NCBI GenBank assembly: GCA_040954595.2
Contig: CM082585.2
Span: forward strand, 9,350,564-9,414,563
From: Balanoglossus misakiensis
Taxonomy: Eukaryota > Animalia > Hemichordata
DNA: 64,000 bases
Direction: 5' to 3'
The translations under genes were made by a program, and so were the position numbers. Shown here one piece after another: positions 13,101-27,554 of the stretch (the stretch's first letter is position 1; every line of letters starts with the position of its first letter). Under the pieces are notes generated by a model. It searched no databases. It had not been told where the DNA came from and worked only from the letters and a program-made list of their open reading frames with translations.

Positions 13101-16100
13101 GAAAGGTTAAAACTACCGCTTGCTTGAATCCCAGAATCTCAAGACTGAACAAAGTTTCTTTCTCTGATTCTCTTTATTGTCCAACATTTATCAGCATGCA
13201 AAGAAAATCCAACAAAACTACTGCATTTTCATTGATTTTGAAAATTCCCCATAGCAACCGTTGCTTAGCAATTTGAAAGGCATGACACATTTTCATTTGC
13301 ACATTCCCAAGTCTTCTCAGCTGAGGTCATGTGATTGTCAGCTTGTTTATAGTTACGCTGATGAACGTACCTCAGGTTGTTAATCCTCTTTAGATGGATT
13401 GGATTAAAGTCTCAAGACTGTGGACTTCTAAACTCCTGATCGCAACGAAGGCTGTCATTTCTCCTTCATTACCACAAACGCAAACCATTCAGAAAAATAC
13501 TCCATCATCGTCATCGAGTTTATCTCCTTGAAGGCTCAATTATAAAACATGCATACCGTGCCTGGGATCAGGGATGTGCACATCCTATTCGGGTGTTATC
13601 GCTGCCTGATGAGTTTTGCCCCTCTGAATGGAATATCTTGACTGTACGTGTATCGTATGAATTCCCAATGGAATATGTTGTATTGTAGATGCATAATCAC
13701 AGACTTTTATTTTGCTTATTTGGAATATTATCAGTCTTGATGGTATTATGGCTGCTTGATGAGTTTTATACCCTCAGAATGGAATGTTGACTGTACACGA
13801 TTCGTCGGGGGAGCTGGGTTGTCTGAACTGAACATGTGCGACTTTTCTGAGAAGAGAGCAACTTTCAATGAAGCAATAGTTTTACCATTAACTGTACCAG
13901 GAGTGAGAGAGTAGAGCACTATGTAAAGGTATGCATGGTATAAATCTATGGCACCAGATTGTTCAAACAAACAAAATGGCATTAAAAGACATCAGCCTGT
14001 CTCAGTGTCTGTCAACCCAGTATTCCACCTTGTGCATGCATTGCATTGGTTATACCAGTATTGATGGAACAGCTACATGTTGAAATCGTAGAATGCCATG
14101 TACGTTTGTACGTCTTAATGGATGTTTGTCTAGCAAATGCAGCTGCAGATTCCTGTATAGACAGACATGTCATGATTACAACCTTCGGCTGAGGACAAAT
14201 ATTTCTCTATATTAAAAAAGTGATTTGTATTCTGCAAATATTGAAGGTATCCTTCACATCTGCCTCAGTTTCTCTTGTAGTTTGAGAAATCATTACTGTT
14301 GGTGAATAAGTCAATTGGTTTTTCCATACTTCAAAAGATGTTTTTCTCATCAAATAGAAAACTCATCACTGACTGGTGTACAGTATTTCAATAAATGAAA
14401 TAATTTAATATGACAAAAGAGATTGATGTTTACATGCACCAAAGCATTAAATGATTTTTTTTTTTTAAGTTTGTTTATCAATAAGTAACTTTTGTATTGT
14501 GTATGACTGGCTGATCGGTACTGCAGTTGACATAAACTAATACAGCATTTCAATATACAATCTGATTTGCTTGATATTATATTATGAGACTTGATGGAAT
14601 TTCAGAGTAAATGGAAAAGTAGATTAAGACTGCTATGTGAGAATTGACTCGCAGGCAAAAATTGCTGACGTATCATATTCAATATCAAAACATCAGGGCA
14701 TTTTCTCTACGAACACTGAACTCAGCATCTCCAGTTTAGTGTATTCATATGAACTCAGAAGCAGGATGTACATGCATGCATTTCTCATACCATTCCCATC
14801 TGCAAAAAATAATTGACATTTTTCAACGAATAACGTGGAGTACATTGACATCAATTTTCCATGATATTTTTCTGTGTCAACTGTTTGATGAGGTCATGAC
14901 ATATGCTGTTTGTCAAATTATTTTTTTGTTCAAATTACTGAAGCACCTTATGCTCTGTTGTTCACTCTAGATATATAAATTTATTCATTCGTGTCTCAAG
15001 ATTGAGTTTCTGGTACTAGTGAAGGTGTAGGTATCGATTGCTGCATAATACTAATCAAACAAGATGAAACAGTTCTGCGGATCTCTCACACAAGTGTCTG
15101 AGATTACACAATTGCTCTGATGAAGCAGAGCTACAGTATCACTCAACAATAAAATAAAATGAAATATCACACTTTGCTGCAGTCTTTTTTCCCCAGCAGG
15201 TGAGGTTGTGTAATCGTCCTTTGTCATGCTACAGTCCTGCAATCGTTCGTTGCTAGGTAAATAATGTGTTTGTTGCTAGGTAAATGATTTCAGTTGCTAG
15301 CGTATTCCCAGAGGGAGAAAATTACCCGGCAACAGCAAATGGCCAAGACTTGTAAATTCCATGTAATATGCCACATAAATTAAACCAGTGCTACGTGTGC
15401 GTAGGTGGCCCAGGTAAAAGTGTGAGTACTCGTGGGAACCCTATAATAACGTTGATTTCCTGTTGGTAATAGAAAAAAGAAGTTTTGCATTGAATGTGGG
15501 CTGTACAGATGGACAAGGCAAATCAGATTCCCTTGTTAAGGCTCAAATCTCACTACAGCGCTCACTCAGCAGAAAATCTGTTCATTTGAAGCACGATATA
15601 ATTTTGCATTGTCGGTGAAATTGAGCGCTGATTGCCACAACTCCCCCAAGCTGATGACAAGTCTGGTCAAAGTAACGTAGTAGAGTACAGTCGATTTCAC
15701 AGCATTGTAGGGCTTCTTCTTGTAGTGATACATGTATGTTGATATGCACGACTTAGTGTACATTTATGTAAATAATCTGATGACTTCACCATAAATATGA
15801 GTGGTCATGAATATTAATTGTAATATCTGTAGTGAAGTGAAGTCTGTCTATAAAGAGCACCCAAGTGAACAGAAAAAATGTAATATTATTTTGCTTTTAA
15901 CATGTAAAAATCTGTCCCATTTGAAAGCTGTTCTGATTAGAAGAGTTGATCTGCAGAGATAGGTTTCACTGTATTTTGATGAACTGTAATCCACATATGC
16001 TAACATGGCTTCCTTCCGTAGAATTGATGACTGAAGGAATTTCTCCATAGCTACATGGACAAAGTTTAATTACTCTGGTATTTTGACATGGCACGTTGAG

Positions 16101-19100
16101 CTGAGACATCCGGACTGTCCGTCTGACACAACATGGTACAAATGAGACAGGTTATCCCACATGTAAATTTTAAATTGGAATCCCTACCCAATTTACTGCC
16201 TGCTGACAGAACATATTGATCCGTTTGTCAGATTAAGCCGAGGATTCTGGAAATAAATAAAGTGCATGCACCCCACTCTGCTCATGTAGTTTCAAATTTA
16301 TCGCTAAGACACCAATTTGTGAGTGGAGATTTCCACCGTCAATGTCGCCTTTATCGATTCCTGCGTCGTATTTTACTTGAAAGGTGACCGTGCTTAATTC
16401 CCGACTGACCCCAATACTTCAGACGGAATCTGTCCGACTGAGAGCAGCGATAGGCATCTTGTTTGCTCACACCCGCTGACACTTCGAAGGCAATTTCTCT
16501 GATGTGACATACAGTTAATAGCCTGCGGTTCAGATGCAGGGCTTTATTTCATGCATTTTACAAGTCTGCAGTGCAATAATGCACCCAAGTCAAATAATGG
16601 TGGAATAGTTCATGATCTACTGCCAGCTGTACTTTCGCTCACTTCGCTTGAGAAAGTATTTTCACAGAATACACACTGCATCACTCATGAGATTAGCTTC
16701 TGTATGGCACAGATAATGGGCAGAGGCCATGGAGTTCTGTTATGTAGTAATGTATATGATACCAGCAGGCGCTGAGTGTGCGAAATAGGTATATTGCCAT
16801 TAAGATAGAGATTACAGCTATGAGTTTGAAACACAGCACTAGGAAAGAAGTGCTAATTACTTGCTTATTCTAAAAAAGAACCAAATGCAATATATTTGCA
16901 ATGACATTAACAACCCATGTAGCAAAATAACCTTCAAATGTTTATTGCTTCTGTGTTACGCACCAGTCAAGAAACATTACAAGTGGCAAATTTACTACCT
17001 GTAGATGTATGTATCCCTTTTGCCACGGATCTGCATTCCAATTACTTCAGTTGACCCTCTGACCCTCAACTTACTAAATTCAAATGACAGGATCTCTCTC
17101 GATGCATGTTGTTCATGTTACAACCACAGGTTCTCTTGATTGCGCATTGTAAGGTTTACTGATATTGGTAATCGGTAACTGCAACTTGTACTATGTTAAG
17201 TTTGTTAAAAGGTTGCGAGGTCAACTGAATATTAATGTATGATTGAATGAATGTGGAGGGTTTAAAATAAAAAGAAATGTGTCCAGAATATGATATGTCT
17301 ACTGAGGGAAATTTATCACCAAAATTTTGCGTTTGTAACTTTTCATGCATGGTCGCATGAGAGCAATAAACATCTCCATTAAAGGTAGAATATTTTTAAT
17401 TGCGTGGTGTTATTATTTAAACATTGATGTTTCGACGGGCTCAGTTTGCTCTTTTGTGGTGATTATGCATGGTTTCATTTAATACCTCAAATCGATCTCC
17501 ACTAAATTCTAATCAGTTGTGTAGGCTTCTGTCGGCCTTGCAGGGTTTTTTTTACCATTCAACCTCTGGTCTAGCAATTTTAGTGAGTGCACAGGGATGG
17601 AGATTATAGATGACTTGCTTGTGAATAAACATGTTTCAGTGAGCAGAACAACGTGTAATATTGCTCAGGAATATGTGAAGATAGTGACATGTTTGCTTTT
17701 AGTTTTATTTACCAAAGATATAGCTGTGTTTTATGTCCTGACAAAACTGGGGAATGTTTAGTATGGTGCAATAGATGCAGATATTGAGGATGTCGCAACC
17801 AATGCATTCCTTAATCATGTGAGTCAGTATTATCTGCAAATGGAAAATAGGCGGCTTAGGATCTCGATCCCTAGAGAAGGAAGCTCCTCCAGTAATCAAA
17901 GCCACAGGCATTTTTAATCATGGAAAACTCTGAAGTAGAAGATTTGAGTCTGAAAAGAAAAAAATGAATTTTGAAGGTTGAAATAAAATTGGCATGCAAT
18001 TAGAGAGACCTTATCAAATGAATTCAGGAGGTTATTTGTATCCATACTCTGTGATATAGAATTTCAGATTATACAAACTGCACAACGGCTCGTGCTATAT
18101 GTCCCGAATTGTACCCGAATCTTGCGTATACCCGCCTGCAGCAATGCCCTGTTATTATGTATCAGCACAAAAATGATACACAGTACCATATATGATGATT
18201 ACATTTGAATCATACATGCCATGAATATATACAGATGGCTGGCATGTGTTTCATAGTGAATTTGAAAAACATATCTACATTGAATCTTACAGACGTGCAT
18301 TGGAGACCTTGAGGTCATTGTAAAATCGTAAAGCAAATTGGAGAATCGAAAAAACATTCCTTCCATATTTCCTTATCGTGACTTTATGACTAGCAGTGTG
18401 ATAAAAGACGTCAATATTTGCCTGAAAGGTGTTAATCTTCGTAGTAATCTGCAAAATCAATTACTTTTTCCATGTAAAAGGTACTGTTCAATATGTCAAA
18501 TTGAAATTCGTATTATTTTCAGTGCCTGACAGATTCATTTATTATGAATGAATTTCACCCCGTTATGTATCAGATCAATATTTCTCACATCCAGATGGTA
18601 ATATGGTATTAGGGATATCCTGGAGAAAAAATGGTATTTTATGATATCAGATGTGAAGATTTCATGCTGTTGGCAAACGTATCATGGTATTACGATCATT
18701 ACCGGTAGAGTGACACTCATGTGCAGTGTACACCTGAAAAGTGTAAGGCCAACAGATTTTCTGTTTATTGTTTGTGAACAAAAAGTCCCATCATTGTATA
18801 AAAGGTGAATCCAGAAAAATATGTTTAAAGTATCTAAAGAATGTACACTTGAAAGTGTTAAGGCATGAGCATTGTCTGTTAATTGCTCTTTAACAATAAA
18901 ATGGCAATGAAAGATTATTTTGAAATCACAGCATGAATTCTTCATTTCACTTAGACATTTAAATACAATATGTGGAAACCATATTGTGTGTGACTGTGTG
19001 TGCTTGCAGGAAGCAGGTTGTGGTAAACAAGCGATTATTGCATTGGAGAGCAGCATTGCAAATACAGCCGAAATTATGAAAGGTCGCCGATTCAATATGT

Positions 19101-22100
19101 GATCTAGACGTCCTGTGTGCACTGAACACACGATGTGTTTATCTAACACAAACAACAGAACCTCTCATAAAAGAGATGCGGTATCATTAGACTAATTACA
19201 GATGGTAGTCTGGAAACACGCTCCCCCTCAGAGAGAGTTGTTTACTTGGGTACACTCTCAACATAAAGCGTATACACTTTGAGATTAAACTTTGACATCG
19301 TACCCAAGTAAACAACTCTCTCTGAGGGGGAGCGTGTTTCCAGACTACCATCTGTAATTAGTCTAATGATACCGCATCTCTTTTATGAGAGGTTCTGTTG
19401 TTTGTGTTAGATAAACACATCGTGTGTTCAGTGCACACAGGACGTCTAGATCACATATTGAATCGGCGACCTTTCATAATTTCGGCTGTAATAAAGAATT
19501 AAAATGGCTTTGAATTGAGAAATGATTACAGTAGTAACCACAGATGCCAGAAACACATTAAAATAATTATAATAATTCAGCATTTGATTAATGAAAAAAA
19601 AGTCATTCATAATAGAGGCATAAATATCGACCATCAATCAATTGAATTAATGCATACACATGAGTCATTCACAGTGGGGTTTTGTTATTTGCATAAAAGG
19701 TGAATATGCTAGGGTACCAGGTATTATCGCTGGCAACAAACACAGGCGCTGGTATCACAGATCAAGAATTTTGTCAATATACAGTCATAGTGAGGTTTAG
19801 CTTTTAACGAGCTGCTATGATACTGTGAATTATTGCGTCAGATGACAAACGTGCCTGATGGACTTTTGAATTTCACAATTATGGCACGTACAGTTCAACC
19901 AATAATAATTGATATATGAGAACCATAAGCAATACTGGTATTACAATTTTTTGTTATTAAAAGTAAAACATAATATGTACATGTATATTAAAAACTGAAA
20001 TTGTAGTTAGTTTTGAGTTTTTCAGATTAAAGCAACTTGTTTGACAACCAGGTAGAATTATTACATGAAGTGGGCATTTCTTTTAGTATTATAATAGGAG
20101 AATTTTAGGCGACAGATTGTGTTTTTTCTGGAATATTCTTTTTATATGTGACCGTAGAGCTACTTCGTAATTATTATGCGCATTCAGAGATTGTTGATTT
20201 CGGTATAGGGTTCAATGACCTACAAGTCATTGCCCTAAGTTGTTATTGCTGTTTGTTGGCAATGTCACTTACGTACACATGCATGTACAGTTGCATTCAA
20301 TAATATTATTATATGAATTCCTTGCAGAGTTGGCTGAATTCGTCTCTTCAATGTGAGCTACTGTGCAGTGTCAGATGTCAAAAGTGGGTAGTTTCCTCTC
20401 GATTGTGTTCATCTGGTGTTAGTGCGAAAAACATGACTGCATTAAGTTCCTGTAAACAGTGACTGCCGCAAGTTACAGGGATGAGTCATGCAAATGTGTA
20501 TTTAAATGGTCAAATAACTGGCCGTGATGTCAACAACATTTTAGAGCCTCCGTATACTGCCAGCTGGTGTCTGACATCGTGACGTGTCGCTCGCGGAAAC
20601 ATATAAATCAGACCGAAACAGCTTGTACTGCTAAGCAATTAATTCGGCTGTTTTTTTCGAACTTTACCAGGTCAATGCGCTTGCTGTAGTATTGCCAACA
20701 GCCTCGTGTATACACATCAGTAGATGGATAAGTGTTTGCCTGTAGGCTGATTACATATAAATGGATTATGTAGGGACTTGTTTGCAGAATTCATACAAGG
20801 CTCTGCCCAGGTCTTTGTTTCTCATGGGCCATTAGCAGTGTGTGTTAATTTTCATATTACAAATTTAATCAATCAAATTTATAGCAGTTATGGCATTATA
20901 ATTATAAAACATAACTCTCCATCAACGATATTGATGTCCGTATAGTTTAAGCAGTTAATTAGTGTGGTTTTCTGTATGAGTTTATTGTTAAGCCCTGAAA
21001 GGCTTTTAAATATTATATTTGTTGGAGGGCACCCTGGATTTTAAAGCTTCTGTCACTTAAAACTTGCACTTGGGTGGAAAGTTTGTCACTTCTTTCCTCA
21101 TGGGTGTGCTTCCGTATTTAGATATTCCGGTCACAAATCTGCAATTTATTTTTAATGCAGTCCCTCATCACTGAGTTGGGCCCTGCCATGTAAACAACCA
21201 ATCAACTTCCATCAGAACGTGTTTTCGTTCGTTAAGTCATCATGAAAAAATTGAACTAGATTAATGGTGCAGTATGCAGAAGAAACAGGTCAGTTCAAAG
21301 GGTCCTTGAAATGCCATTTCCTATCGCCCTGCTTAATAACTACCTGTACAGTGTCATTATAGTGATGTATGATTGTATATGCCAGAATGGCTCGTTAATA
21401 ACATTTCCAGGCAAACGTTCAAGAAAATGTGAGTGAAACCAGTTTAATACAGAAAACCTCCACAATATTCTAGATAGTGGTATCAATTCATTTATTTTGA
21501 TGTACCAATCAGGAAAAAATGACATAAAAAATAATTGAAAAAAAGTATTATTTGCGTTCGCTTTTTTATGCATGAATGTTTTGGTCATCAATTATTCAAT
21601 CAAATGTATAGAGACTAGGGCTAATGTATTCAGCATTTCTCTTGAGTGAGATCCATCTTACTTTGGCAGGTTGTAATATGTCCACTCTAGCTTCTCACGT
21701 GTAAACACACCCCTTGATTTCCAAAGACAATTTATTTTGTGAATTATTCACTTGTGCACTGTACATGTAGATAAAAATACCTGGTGATTTGACTATGCTG
21801 GTGAGGAATAGCAAAAATGAAATCAAAATTTGTCAGTTGGAATTCAAGCTGTTGCCATCGATTGGTGAGAATTGTTAATCTGCTGGTGCTGGTTGAAAAG
21901 TTTGAATTGTAAAATAAACACACAGAAAGGTAAACCTCAATTAAATGTCTTGACAAACCTAGCACAAAATGAATTTAATTTCACGTACTCCAGTACTGGT
22001 ACACTTCAAATATTCATATCCATTAGGTACTTCATTTGTCATCCTCCCGTCGTGACCACACTTAAATCAAAATTATTAAAGGATGTGAAACCTGAAGCCA

Positions 22101-25100
22101 ACATGAGAAATGAATCCTCGATTGCCTGAGTGCTGCCAACAGGAGGAAATGACAGTAGATTTGCATGGCTGCAAGGATTCTGAGAGACGAGGACAGCTGA
22201 AAAACAAAATTGTGTAATTCAGTCAACTGCGACTAATAGCGCACATCAAGCGTTTGTTGGCTTTGTTGTAAAAGGGGGCATGTGTCATGCTACGGAACAT
22301 CTCTGAAAGGGATTAGTGAGAGGTGATGGAGTCTAGATGGTAATGTAACTTACCGTAAGATGTGAAAATTTACAGTAGCTGAATTCATTGTATGCATGCA
22401 GTCATCAGTTATAATGTGCAAAGAAAATGATCAAATTACCAGAGTAAAGAGGCTTGTATATACTCTGCACAAGGGTTTGTACCAGGTGCGTTCTCAAAAA
22501 AGGACTTTATCTGCACCTCCAGAAATGTTTATGTTATTTGACGCCTGGCCATATTTGTTTTAAAATTGGAAGGGCTTTACAGCCTATATAACCAACCATT
22601 GATTTGATGGTCTTGTAGGCGTGTATGTTCATGGAAAAGGTAATTTAATTGTCTATCAAAGAGACAGTAACCTGGAATAAATAAAATTGCTTGTTGACTA
22701 AGAAGACAGGATTGAACACTATTAAAAAGGTACTTTACTGAGGCCGATATAAATTGCTTACATGGCTGTGATATTGCATCACAATTGCAAAACAGTTGAT
22801 TTCCTTTGCACAACTGCGGAAATTAGCTTCACTTTCAGGAATAGTTTATTGGGTGTCTGCGTAACTATGGCCAAGTTATCTATCAAGGGGATGCCTGTGT
22901 TACATCAGATTTCTCAGCCGGGGTATCAAGTGATGAGTCTTGCATGTTCAATGCGTGATTATGATACTGTATGCTGGGAGAATTATATATTATGATACGT
23001 CTAAGATCTGCTCACAATAAGCCATATTCAATTCAAAACATAAACTTGTATGGAATGTATCATCATGTGTAATCTATTACATGTCTTACCTTGATCAATA
23101 TTCTGTGCGTACTTTTCAACTTGGTGTTCTTGTAAGTAATCAGAGAATTGAAATGATTTATAAACCCTTTGGAATTCCCATGTGCGTGAAGTAAGAACTG
23201 TTTATTTTCGTCCGTGTCCCCCGTACATAAGTTGTTTCTCACCTGAGGACTGGGTCTTCGCTGTTGAATGCGAGATTTATCGCAACTCAGGATGCGAAAC
23301 ACCACTGAGTTATGGTTTCTTGTAAACTCCAGCTTTTAATTGAAAAGTTCAATGTAGCAAAATGAGGTAAAGTACAGCATATAACACTCTGTTCTCGCAA
23401 TTAGTCAAACACACATGTCATGTGCGTGAACTGTGCTAAATCCATAAAATCTGGTCTGGTTAGAAAACATTCACACAAGGATATAGAGAACCATTCCATA
23501 AATATTTTGAAGAGTGCAACAGTTTAATTTTTTACACCACAATTGCAAGGTCTTGTCTGTCATTACCATCTTCAGATGTGACAAACTGGACTTGTGTATG
23601 CAATTGCATTGCCGCGCAGCATACTACTCTACAAATGTACTTGTGAATTCTCAGGGCTCTTTTTATGGTTTGATACATGTACAGTACAGGTACATAAACC
23701 ATGCATCATAAACCCTTTTATTAAATCTTGTCAAGTGTGAAACACAATGGGACAAGAAACAGTGTCATGTCAACTTTCATCGCATGCCAAATGAAGTTGT
23801 TATTAATAAGGATGGGCACTATTTCAGAAATTTCAACTTCTTATGTTTAAGTATTCACAAAAATTGTTTATCTTCACTCTTTAATTTCAGTGAAGACAAG
23901 ATCAGACTGGTGATCAGCATACCAGTATGCTTATATTTGATTTGGTGACTATGTCTTTGATCAGCAGTAGCTCTTTTTAAATGCCTTGTTGGAACAGGCA
24001 TCAACGATCAATACATGAAATCATGGGGCTCAGACAACCTCCTTTGTGTTTTAGCAGCCGCATTGTGTTTATTATGTTGACGAATTAGCTAGTACAGGTA
24101 CAAATGCGTTCTCTGAAATCCACACCAGTGTCAATAATCTGTTAAGTACTTAGAGGGTTACATGTAGTTTTAAAGAGCTACAAATCTGTACAGGCATTCG
24201 ACAAAATGAGTCATCCTGAATCACGTCCTGAAAACTTCTGAAAAATTATAAATTGCCTGGATTTTATTAGTGACAGTGTAATCTGAAAATTTAATATAGG
24301 GTTTGACCTGCTGATTACCTGGTACACGATACTTGCATCTGTACAAGTACTGCATTTTGCTGATGTAAGAGATGTCTCATCTATGCAAAGTGCGGCAAAT
24401 TGTACCAGAGAACTGAAACGTCAAATGTGTATGACTCAGTCAATCACGGGCAACTGAGGCTCCATCTGACAATTAGCTTGCCTCCAGAGTATACGATGCA
24501 TAGGTACAGGTACATCTATCATGATACTTCCTCTAACCCCGCTAGGGTTTGAGAAATGAGTTCATCGCTCAGAAAATGTATTAATTTCCTCCCAGCTGTT
24601 TGGTGTTTTGTTCACATTTAGTAAGGATATGATGTATGGATGTGTAATAGATATCAAATGCAGCATTTATTAAACGCGAGTCCAATTTGAATAAATTGCC
24701 TTTTTACTCATGCGGCATGGACCGATGTACACGGCAATTGACGATCCGATGCCATAAATAGAAAATGATGTAATCAAGAAGTGCAAATGCAGTTTGCCAC
24801 GCGAATGTCCATGTTAGCTTCAGGCCAGCTTTTTTGTGTTTAGTACAAGGTACATCACTGCGAGTGTAGAATACTTAAGTGTGCTGAAAGCCTTATCGGT
24901 GCCACTACCCACGTCAAATGCAAATATGACCTTCAAATGCTGTTATACCCTATGCCAAAGGCTGGTGTAGTGATTTCTGAAGCCTGCTGGAAGAATTCCA
25001 ATCAGAGGCCACTGTATTCTCATTTCTGATATTTTCAAATTGATTACCATTACAGTTTTTTGGCTGTATCAGTTTCTTCAAGAAAGTATCTTGAATATCA

Positions 25101-27499
25101 CAAATGCATTTATCATCCTGCCCGGATGCCAGTTGCTCCAACTGAGTGCTTGGTTCTCACTGGAAATGTGTTACTTCAGCTGCTCTTTACCATTACATCT
25201 TTAATAGAACGGCAAAATCACTTCCCCCCACTCCATTGATTTTCCTGACTATTCCAATGCAGTGTGTTGTAATTGCCTTCGGAAACTCCTCAAATTTAAT
25301 TAGCTGGTGATAATTATCTACTTCATGTTTACAGCTTTGAATGTCTGCCGTAAAGGTGGTTTCAATTGTAATTGCCAGTGAGCTACCAGGGAGTGACATT
25401 TAAAAATATGAGACAATAAAAACAGCACAGTGTATGCCAACGGTAATGGTGGGTAATGTGTGAAAGTGTGTCTGATTTTCAGCAGACCTACATTTTCCAA
25501 CAAAGTTGTAATGATAAGTTCTGTACTGTATGGTTTCTCGTGAAATATACTATCCACTCGAAATGAATTGGTCAAAGGGTTAGTTTGACTTTGTAATGAG
25601 CGCACTCTAATCCATCTTGCAAGTTGCATTAGACAAGAGTGCCCAAAGTAATAGAGGTTAAGTGATGTTAAAAGTGTGCAAATCAAAGATGACAGTAGAT
25701 TGCTGAGTTTGCAAATAATGGTCACTTCAGCCTCGATTGCTACCCCCGATGAGTCATGCAGGTCGACGAAAGAGGTCATCGTGATGAAACCCTAAAAACA
25801 TACACCACTCGAGACCTACAGGGAAACTCACTACAGTGTGATGGTTCAGATGAAATGCGTCCCACAGAGAAAAAGATTGTATGTTTCAGTATTATAAGAT
25901 GAGTACAACTGATGATGATATATCAGATTGTGTGATTCAGGCGAAAAATATAGTTGTATTGATTTATACTCTGGGACTTGTTTTTCAGATTTTTTCCTCT
26001 TAAGGAATGGTTGTATTACGAAGAAGTAATTATTGAGGCACCTGGCATTGATATCATGAACCAAATGAGTCATCATTATTAATGGTTTGTGGTTGACCCC
26101 CATCACATACATGAAACATGTCAAACAGATGGACATCATACTGGACAAATGTGCTTAATGATTCCTGGCATTTTTTTTTGACGGATTCTGTGATTATGAC
26201 AACAGACTTCGGTGGTGAGTCATATTGTACTCAGAAACCAAATCAATCATGTTGTAATCCATTTTTCTGGATTATCATGCATGCATGAATGTATGTATGC
26301 ATGTTATATGAAGGTTTGCTGCACCTTGCAGGTCAGGTTCCAGCATTTAGGGCTTATATTCATTCGTGTGATGTGCAGACTCAATTTAATAATGTAACTC
26401 ACTCTGATTTACATAATGCATGTGGGCTTAGTGTGACGAAGTATGGATCGGAGACAGCCATATTCTGGTTGCAACCAATTTAATATTTATTTGATTTGTA
26501 TGCAAAAAGTACGCTGACGCAGGACTTTAACAAGTTTGCATTGATGGTGGGTTTTAATGCTGAGGCCTTATCGACTTGTGATTAAACAAATTAACAAACT
26601 GGAATTCCCAACACCTGCAGCCTTTAAAAAAAAGCCTAAGTCATGCACTAACTCGCTCTATAATGTTCCCCAAGTGATGACATGGTAGATCAATCAGACT
26701 AATTGTCTGTGATTTCGGAAGACAAATTATGTCTTGTTGTTTTTAGTACACCCAAAGGTTTTCATACAGTCAGTCTTAACTTGTGCAGGTGTTGTGTATA
26801 CATCTAGTCCCCCATGAAGTCAAGAGTTACATATAAAATACGTTTGATTTTTTTCCAAACTAATCCATCAAAACTGGAAGTGGTTAGTCTAGTTTTATTG
26901 ATTTTCTGAATAGCAAGTTTATCTAGAAACAGATTTATCAGACACATAACAGGAAACATGGTGTAATGTAAGACTGATGACAAGAGCTTTTTGCATGCAT
27001 GCACAATCATCAGCCAATCAAGCTTGTTGTACGATATTGCACTAGCAACTCTTGCACATTTTGTAACAACATTTCTAGTTGGGTGGCTAAAGTCAGAATG
27101 TGCATGCTTGGCTGGGTTTTCTAGAAAGTGAGCAGCAGTTTTTGAAATTCATACAAAGTGTTTAAATTCAGCAAGTATAACTAGAACAGATAATGAGAGA
27201 GTCTCCAAAGAGATGAACAACTCCATCCACGGGATTAAGTATGATAGATCTGCTGACAGCATTGTCTTAATTATTTCTTGCATGAGATATACCTGAGATA
27301 ACTGCAAAGAGAATACATCATGCTGTCAGCGAGAAGCTGCAGCCAACAAACCATGGCATGCAGGACGGGTATACCCATCTGTCAATTTGTCTTGATCGTT
27401 CAAGTTCAATTTTACATGTTATACTGTTAGGCTTGGCAGTCGAGACTTATTAGTTCAAACACAGGGAACCAAGTAATCCGGTTATATTGTTCTTGTTGT

Positions 27500-27554
<55 letters not shown>

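Noticed and set aside
13606-13800. ~40-bp imperfect direct repeat (TGATGAGTTTT..CCCTC.GAATGGAAT..TTGACTGTAC)
   Set aside because: Small local duplication with no TSD, TIR or functional cue.
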